64,000 nt of DNA, taken from the NCBI RefSeq assembly GCF_011386835.1, contig NC_088802.1:2046001-2110000 (forward strand), in the 5' to 3' direction. Source of the stretch: Chrysemys picta bellii. Its lineage: Eukaryota. This document shows positions 56,516 through 64,000 of the stretch, in pieces. A program made the translations under genes and the position numbers. The notes below the pieces were generated by a model that saw only the letters and a list, made by a program, of their open reading frames with translations, made no database searches and was not told the origin of the DNA. Numbering within the stretch: position 1 is the stretch's first letter; each line of letters starts with the position of its first letter.

Positions 56516-59500
56516 TCAGGGACTGGACTGCCCTGGTCTAACGTCCTGACAGCCCCTGGAAGGAGAAAGCAGAGGGGATGGGTTAGGGGGTGTAACGGCC
56601 CCACCCCCCACCCCCACCCCAGAGAGGGGAGGACTCACCTGCGTCTGCTCCGCCACAGCACCAAGGCCACGGCGGCTATGGCCACAACCCCCAGGGTGAT
56701 GCCCACGACCAGGCCGGGGCCCCAGGGCCTGCTCTGCTCTGTAAAACAGGGGGGAAGGTGGGTGCCATGCTCAGAACGTGGACAGCAGTAAGGACCCTGT
56801 TCCCTCTGCCTCCCTCGCAGTTCCCCCGTACCTCCCACCCTGAACCCATCACCCTCAGCCCCCCATGCTATTCCATCAGCCTCCCCCACAGTCCCCCCGG
56901 TGCCCCCCAACCCACTGCCCTCAGCCTTGCCCTACCCCAAGTCTTCCTTCAGCCTCCCCGTCATCCCACCCCAATCGCTCCCCCTGCTGTCCCACCCCTC
57001 AACTTCCCCCCATTCCAGTCCTGCTCCCCTCTGTCTCATCCCCTCCAGACCCCTGCCCATCTCCCCAGCCCCCCGACCCTCCCCCGCCCCACTCCACACA
57101 GCTCTGTCTACTCTGTCCCATTCATGCTCCCCTCAGCCCCCACTCTGCTTCCCCCGTCCCAGTGCTGTCCCATCCCTCTCAGCCCCCACTCTGCTCCCCC
57201 CGTCCCAGTCTTGTCCCCCTCAGTTCCTCCACCCTGCTTCCCCCGGTCCATCCCCACACCCGCCGAAACCCTCGACCTCCCTCCGTCCAAATCCCACGTC
57301 CTGGACCCACCCCCGTCCCACTCCAGAGATCACGACCGCACCCAGACACCCCAGGGACGTGCACCTACCCCAGGGGATCAGCAGGCTCCGGCCCCCCAGG
57401 CTGCTGTGCTGCACCCGGCAGGCGTAGCTGTGCCCGGCGCCCGGCCCCACGGCCAGGGAGCTGCGCAGCTGGTAGGTCAGGTCCGTGTTGGGCAGGATCC
57501 CGCTGGAGTTCAGCCACCAGCCCGGCCCCACCTCCTCCCCGTCCTGCAGCCAGGCCACGCGGACGGGCCGGGGGTAGAAACCGGTGACCCAGCAAACCAG
57601 CAGTACCGGCGCGGGGGTCCCGGCTGGGGGAGGCGCTCGGGCAAACACCACGGCGACCGGCCGCTCTGAGACAGGAGGAGAGAGACGGGGCGGGGGAGAG
57701 GGGACGATTCAGTCTGAGCCTCAGGGACTCACTAGCCAAGCCCAGCTCCATTCCCCGGGGTCAGGCGTTGGCCCCGCTGTCCTGGCCAGACCCCAATTCT
57801 GCCCCCTGCCGTTACCAGTGGTGACGGGATCCCCCTTCACTTCCTGTCCTAAACTGCTGTGGTGTCCAGCCTCACCTTGCCTCTCCAGAGACTCTTTCCC
57901 ATACTGGACAAATCTCTCGAGCTGACTGACACACGTCATTCTCAGGACAAACTGAAGCTTGATGGCCACAACTTTGTTGCAGTTAAGAATCTCCTGGGCT
58001 TTGAGAGTCAGTTTATCCCCCCGGCGAGCGACCCATTTGCCGCTGTCCGTGTCGAAGCTGATGAAGTCCTCGCCGTTCATCCCAGCATCACAGAATCGCC
58101 TCGAGGTGCCGTTGGGGAGGAGCTCGCAGCCAATGGAGAACTGGGTAACAAAGGGGTCTGGAACAGGAAGGGCAGGGGGATGAGGATAGGCCGTCCAGAG
58201 GTCACCGGGACAGTGTGTGTGTGGGGGGAAATAAAGGCACAGTGTCAGGTGCAATGAGGACGTTTGGCCACAAGCTGGTGGTGGGATCGTGGGGAGACCC
58301 TGGCTCGAGGTCAGGGTACGTTGCAGGTTCTGTTTAAAGCCGATTGTTCAGTGTTCTAACGCCCACATGCACAGTCGGATTGGCTCGACAATCGCCGTGA
58401 GACATCCAGGCCTGAATGCAAACTTGGGGTCACTTCATCAGGGGGATCCGGAGATAGAGACCCCGTCCCAAATAAATGCTTAATTATTTAGAACGTTATT
58501 TGTGATGCTCTAGAGAAAACTGTGGCCCTGAGGCTCAATACACTTACACCCCTGGGCTCCCCTGAGCTCAGCTCTGCACCGGTAGCAAGGACACGTTTGG
58601 CTTCCCAAGGTTACAAAAGTCCCCGGGCCTTGGTTCTGTGTGTGGAGCTGGACACCGGGCGGTGGCACCTCTGCGCACAGACAGTTCACACCTCTGCCAG
58701 GGATTCTTTCCTAAGCAGCGACTCAGGGCGTGACACACCGAGTCACACACTCGCTCAGCGGGAGAGGCTGCAACCTCGGAGCCCCGGGAGAACCCATCCA
58801 AGCCCTGTCACCGAGCGGTTCCTGGCTGGGAGGGTGGGGGAGGCATTAGCTCAGCTCTGCGTTTCCTGCCCATGTCTCAGTTTTCAGGTTCAGGCAGGAC
58901 AGGTGGCACCTTGGGCAGCCTCCCCCCTCGTTTCCACTTCCCCCTCCTTCGACAAAGGCCTTGGGTAGGGCACATGGTCGTGAAAGACAATGAGCCTAGG
59001 GTCAGGGGCTGGGACATGGGGCCTTTCCCCTCTAGGGCGCACAGGCTACAATCCGGCCCCAGAGCGGGGGACTGGCTCAATGGGGTGGAGAATGGGATGC
59101 GAGGCCTTTCCCCTCTAGGGGACGCTGGCTCCATTCAGCCTAAGGGCCAGGGACTGGTTGTGTTGCCCCCGATCCACCCTGTCAGGACACACTCAGTTGC
59201 TGCTGTGAGCGTGTCAGTTCTCAGCTCCCCGGTGGGTGCGGGAAGGGACCCCCTCAGACTGCGCCATACTCACAGCCCTCTCCTTCATCCTCAACCAGAT
59301 CGTTCACCATACGGATGAATTTGGACAGATTGTTATAGATGAACTCCTGCAGGTCCTGCCACTGCTTCAGGGTCAGGCCCTGCTGGGCCCAGGGCTGCAG
59401 GAAGCGGATCTTGCAGGTGCTGCAGTCCAGGGAGTGGGTCTCCAGGTCACCCAGCAGGGCCGTCCACTCCATGTCCGTGGAGCTGGCGTTGTGGAAGGTG

Positions 59501-59809
59501 ATGGTTTGGAGCAGCCGGAGGGTGAGAGACTCTGGGGGGACAGGAGAGGAGGGGAGAGAAAACATATGGAGGATAAAGCAGGTGGGGAGAGAGATAAATG
59601 AGTCTCAGTCTCCTTAACACTCCCTGCTGACCCCTAACCCGTCTCCCCCCTCCTCCTACACCCCCAGCAAGGGTCACTAGCCCAGCATGGTGCTGCCCCA
59701 TCCTGGCATTACACCCCCCCACCCTCCCAGTAGCAAAGAGGGAGGGGGGTCCCCTCTTACCGTCCAGAGCCCCCCATGCCCAGGGCAGGAGCAGCAGAGG
59801 GAGCAGCAT
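56516..59809 (-). CDS. CD1: CD1 lipid antigen-presenting molecule (MHC class I-like), 6 exons, 341 aa
   Basis: Leader 59809-59761; alpha1 59531-59274 (LRLLQTITFHNAS...LLGDLETHSLD...IRFLQPWAQQG); alpha2 58157-57876 (YPFVTQFSIGCEL...NGEDFISFD...LRMTC); alpha3 57665-57369 (LVCWVTGFYPRP...DLTYQLRSSL...YACRVQHSSL); TM 56738-56639; tail 56555-56516. Total 1026 nt in frame. Isotype cannot be assigned. Confidence 0.9.
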
Positions 59810-59874
59810 CCCAGCAAGGGAATACGGGCTCAGGAAGACGACAGGACAGCGGGACGAGGGGGGGCCCAGGATGC

Positions 59875-60040
59875 CAATGTGCTTTCAGTTCCGCCGCAGC
59901 CCGCATCCCTCTGCCAACTTCTCCTTTTGTCTGTCTCTGCTCAGCTCTGTGCCTGCAGCTGCCAGCCCTGAGCCAATGAGGGCAGAGTGAGTCTGGGACT
60001 GGTGGCAGCGCGGGAGGGGGATCCCCGGTAGCAAGAGCAG
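59875..60040 (-). promoter_or_regulatory. CD1 proximal promoter: EICE/ISRE-like, inverted CCAAT and palindromic kB site
   Basis: GGAACTGAAAGC on the minus strand at 59892-59881; CTCATTGGCT at 59980-59971; GGGGATCCCC at 60017-60026. Confidence 0.55.
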
Positions 60041-60114
60041 AACCAGGGCCTGTCCCGACGCGTAGGGTCAGTGTGTGTGAGATGCCTCCCCTCCATCTTC
60101 TCCAGCTTGGGTAC

Positions 60115-60955
60115 CGCTGCTCCTAGCAGAGCCCCTGCGCCGCCCTGGGGCAATGGGGAGCCCTGACTGCCCAGTGAAAGCCTCCTGCTGCCCCCACCCC
60201 GCTCCCTGCAGCACAGCCCCTAGCGCCGCCCTGGGGCAATGGGGAGCCCTGACTGCCCGGGGAGAGCCCCCTGCTGCCCCCCACCCCGCTCCCTGCAGTA
60301 CAGCCCCTAGCGCCGCCCTGGGGCCATGGGGAGCCCTGACTGCCCGGGCAGAGCCCCCTGCTGCCCCCCACCCCGCCCCCTGCAGTACAGCCCCTAGCAC
60401 CGCCCTGGGGCCATGGGGAGCCCTGACTGCCCGGGCAGAGCCTCCTGCTGCCCCCGCCCCACTCCCTGCAGTACAGCCCCTAGCGCCGCCCTGGGGCCAT
60501 GGGGAGCCCTGACTGCCCGGGCAGAGCCCCCTGCTGCCCCCACCCCGCCCCCTGCAGCACAGCCCCTAGCGCCGCCCTGGGGCCATGGGGAGCCCTGACT
60601 GCCCGGGGAGAGACCCCTGCTGCCCCCCATCCACCCCCTGCAGCACAGCCCCTAGCGCCGCCCTGGGGCCATGGGGAGCCCTGACTGCCCGGGGAGAGCC
60701 CCCTGCTGCCCCCCCCCGCCCCCTGCAGCACAGCCCCTAGCGCCGCCCTGGGGCCATGGGGAGCCCTGACTGCCCGGGGAGAGCCCCCTGCTGCCCCCCA
60801 CCCCGCTCCCTGCAGTACAACCCCTAGCGCCGCCCTGGGGCAATGGGGAGCCCTGACTGCCCAGTGAAAGCCTCCTGCTGCCCCCACCCCGCTCCCTGCA
60901 GTACAGCCCCTAGCGCCGCCCTGGGGCAATGGGGAGCCCTGACTGCCCGGGGACA
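60115..60955. repeat. About 86-bp GC-rich tandem repeat (CCCCTAGCGCCGCCCTGGGGCCATGGGGAGCCCTGACTGCCC...)
   Basis: About 10 copies visible. Confidence 0.9.
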
Positions 60956-61499
60956 GCACCCCCCGCTCAGGCCAGATTCACCCACAGACAAACCAGGCAG
61001 GGACCTAGGCCCCGCATTGGTGGGGGGTGGCCCCAAAATTACAGACCAGCGTCCCCCTCCTCACCCTGCCCAGGGGCTCTGCCTCCCCCCAGCTGCCCCC
61101 TCCGACCTGGCACCGCACCCCAAACCTGGCCTGGCGTGGGGGGGGGGGAGACTTGGGGGGGGCGGAAAGCAAACCCGCCCAACCCCCACCCCGCAGCGGG
61201 GTTCTGTCCCATAGCCCCTTCCTCTCCCAATAGCCCCTCTCCATCCTAATGGCCCCTCCCCCTCCTTGCCCCTTCCTCTCCCAATAGCCCCTCCCTCTCC
61301 ATCCCCATAGCTCCTCCCTCTCCCAGTGGCCACTCCCTTCCAATAGCCCCTCCCTCCCCCTGCCCGCTTTCCTATTAGCCACACTCCTGCTCCCTGCCCC
61401 TCCCTCCCGCTCCTTAGCCCCGCCCACTCCGTGGCCCCGCCTCCTTATCCTCCTCCCTGGCCCCTGTCGCTCCCAGGCTCCTCCCTTTCCCTCCCTGGC

Positions 61500-61640
61500 T
61501 CGGGCGGGACAGCCAATCAGAAGGAGCCGTCCTTTCTGAGCGTCACTAGTTGCCGGGCAGAGTCAGCTGGGGCGGCACGAGGGAGGATTCGCGGCTATAA
61601 AAAAGGGCGGGAAATGGGCGGGGAAGCGCCGCGAGGCGCC
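61500..61640. promoter_or_regulatory. Orphan promoter module: CCAAT, CRE-half/RFX X-box-like element, TATA and GC boxes
   Basis: AGCCAATCAG at 61511-61520, GCGTCACTAGTTGCCGGG at about 61540-61557, TATAAAAA at about 61596. Confidence 0.5.
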
Positions 61641-61959
61641 AACGGCCGCTGAGAGCGCGAGCGGGGAAGGGCCAACTGTCACCTGAGGGTTAGGAGCCAA
61701 CTGTCACCTGGAGTCCTGGCTCCCAGCCCCCCGTTCTAACCACCTGGCCCCACTCCCCTCCCAGAAGCAGGGAGAGAACCCAGGAGTCCGGGCTCCCAGC
61801 CCCCCCCACCCCCCGCTCTAACCCCTAGACCCCACTCCCCTCCCAGAGCCGGGGAGAGAACCCAGGAGTCCTGGCTCCCAGCCCCTCACCCCCCCCCCCA
61901 CTCAAACATTCTCAGCCCCGCTCTTCCCCCAGCTGTGGGACAGAGAACCCAGGAGTCCA

Positions 61960-62370
61960 GGTCCCTGTGCCATTGCTCAGTTCGGGTCTGGGCACAGCCT
62001 GGCATAACAAGGGCGCTGATCTGGGCTGCACCTGGCACCACAGGGGCCCCGATATTTTGCAGGGGAGCTGTGTAGCGCCCCGGGGGGCCCTCCATTTGCT
62101 ACGGCTGCAGTTTCTGTGGCTCGGGGCTCTGTCTGCACTTGAGCTCCTGGTGAGAAACAGGAAATTCAGCACCGTTCACGGCCACAGCTTTTGCAAAGGC
62201 AGCAGCACGTGGGTGGGGTGTGATTTACAATCAGCGACAGAAGTGTCGGAGTCGGGGCCGTGTGCAACACACAAATCTGACCACGGTTTCCGTCCGCGAG
62301 CCGGAGTTGATCTTCAGGCGCTCAGCTTGCAGAGCCAAAAAATACTTCTAGCCTTCAGGAGTGCAAAGAA
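61960..62370 (-). other. Diverged second copy of the about 350-bp segment downstream of the class II beta relic (51660-52000)
   Basis: Shared blocks include GTGAGAAACAGGAAATTCAGCA, TTTTGCAAAGG, TACAATCAGC.ACAGAAGT.TCGGAGTCGGGG, TGACCACGGTTTCCGTCC, CAGGCGCTCAGCTTGCA and CTTCTAG, in the same order and orientation. Confidence 0.8.
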
Positions 62371-62597
62371 ATTTCTCCAAACCAGGGCGGGTGGGACCTA
62401 CGCCTGAGTCTGCAGAGACCCCGAGCTGGTCGCTCTGAGAGTGGGGCTGAACTTTAAGCAGAGCTGAGATAACAAGGATTGGGACCGAAGGATCTTTTGT
62501 ACAATTTCAAGCCTTCTTTGACAAGTTGGAATCCCGGGGAACCATAGGTAATTAGGGCAACTTTGAAACAGGTTCATCACTGGTACTTAGCTATTTT

Positions 62598-62970
62598 AGT
62601 CTGCAGAAGAGAAGAGTGAGGAGGGATTTGATAGCAGCCTTCAATTACCTGAGGGGGGGTTCCAAAGAGGATGGAGCTCGGCTGTTCTCAGTGGTGGCAG
62701 ATGACAGAACGAGGAGTAATGGTCTCAAGTTGCAGTGGGGGAGGTTTAGGTTGGATATTAGGAAAAACTATTTCACTAGGAGGGTGGTGAAGCACTGGAG
62801 TGGGTTACCTAGGGAGGTGGTGGAATCTCCTTCCTTAGAGGTTTTTAAGGTCAGGCTTGACAAAGCCCTGGCTGGGATGATTTAGTTGGGGATTGGTCCT
62901 GCTTTGAGCAGGGGGTTGGACTAGATGACCTCCTGAGGTCTCTTCCAACCCTAATCTTCTATGATTCTAT
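62598..62970 (+). mobile_element. CR1 LINE 3' end (different subfamily)
   Basis: The [17 protein letters not shown]...[20 protein letters not shown]...LDKAL is CR1 ORF2; it ends in a TTCTATGATTCTAT repeat. Confidence 0.92.
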
Positions 62971-64000
62971 ACGAATTAACATAGGGCATGTTCCTCCACC
63001 ACTTCAAAGAGAGATGAATACCGAGATATCCCATGTTTACAATTCATTTAAATGCTAGGATGTTCTTTTGATCTCCGAATTATCAGAATACATCATGGAC
63101 AAGAACTGTTGATTACATTGTTCACCACTGCCGGTATATATGTAAATACACAAAACCACAAACATTATCTTCACATATGTCTTTAAGGGTTGAATTTGAG
63201 TCATTTATTTTGCAGGATGCTTAACCCTTTCTGGCCAAGTGTCACAGCTGGAATGGCTTGTTTTGATCCAACTGCTTAAAATGTTTCATTTCCAAACAGA
63301 ACCTGTTTTAGAACTTTACATTCCACCCAAATTTCCAATTTCTCACCCATATGTCCTGGTTCAGAAGAAAAACAAGTGTTAAAAACTAGATGGAAAGTCT
63401 ATCTTTTTAACATCTGAACTGGGAGCACTTGAAATTCCATCCAAGATCCTTGCCCGTGAACAGCATTATTTTCCAGCCTCCTATCACCTTCTCTACGGCA
63501 ATCTCTCCTCCTACAGGAGTCTCACTCTACCATGTTTTTGAAACAAACACATCTGCACTGGGAAAAAAGTCAGAAGCCTTAAAAAACTCTCCCCATAGTT
63601 TCCACTAGAAATTTCCTCTTAGCAAGGTGTGTCGTACATTCACAAGACAGATATATTTCCTAGTGCAAAATGTTTATTTAAATAACATTGAAATATTTGT
63701 AAGGAAAAGAAAATATGTTCCATAAATGTAACTACGACTGGGGTGGAGCATATCAGTGAGCTATTACATATAGATATAAACATACACACAAACACAACTT
63801 TTTGTCCACAAGGAAAAACATTTTCCATGATGATTTTTTCTGAAAATATTGTTAGTAAAGAGAAACATCTTCCCCAAAGTATTTTCCTTTTTAAAATGAT
63901 ATCGTTTTTGTCAACAAGACGAGTTCACAAAGATATTTTTTCTGTTCAAAGCTCTTTCTGCACTGGAAGAACATTTCCCAGCAGACAGCTTTCATTAAAA

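Overview
Vertebrate genomic DNA, most likely turtle. This is inferred from the CR1/Penelope repeat flora and the GC-rich intronic minisatellites. The assembly is a scaffold with N gaps. The window is an MHC class III / inflammatory segment with all recognisable genes on the minus strand. I rebuilt the exon chains by hand from GT-AG sites and reading-frame continuity. Left to right: (1) TNF, 4 exons, 238 aa. (2) An LTA-like gene, 4 coding exons, 223 aa, whose N-terminus looks like a TNF-type membrane anchor rather than a cleaved signal peptide. (3) A candidate spliced non-coding transcript and a 6.3 kb 54-bp tandem array. (4) An intact 5-exon, 350 aa TRAF2/3/5-family gene (RING, one zinc finger, short coiled coil, MATH) with a TATA/kB/AP-1 promoter and an ARE-type 3'UTR. 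It sits between LTA and NFKBIL1, where mammals have no protein-coding gene. (5) NFKBIL1, with a 1-bp frameshift in the last exon as assembled. (6) An NKp30/NCR3-like single-V receptor with an uncharged TM and a cytoplasmic ITIM. (7) An orphan, frameshifted MHC class II beta TM exon, whose 3' region is duplicated 10 kb away. (8) An intact CD1 gene whose tyrosine sorting motif reads CQDV. The rest is CR1, Penelope, LTR fragments and satellites; most long ORFs in the supplied track are repeat artefacts. The most striking candidate system is a co-oriented TNF / LTA-like / TRAF-like ligand-plus-adaptor cassette inside the MHC, next to CD1 and an inhibitory NKp30-like receptor.
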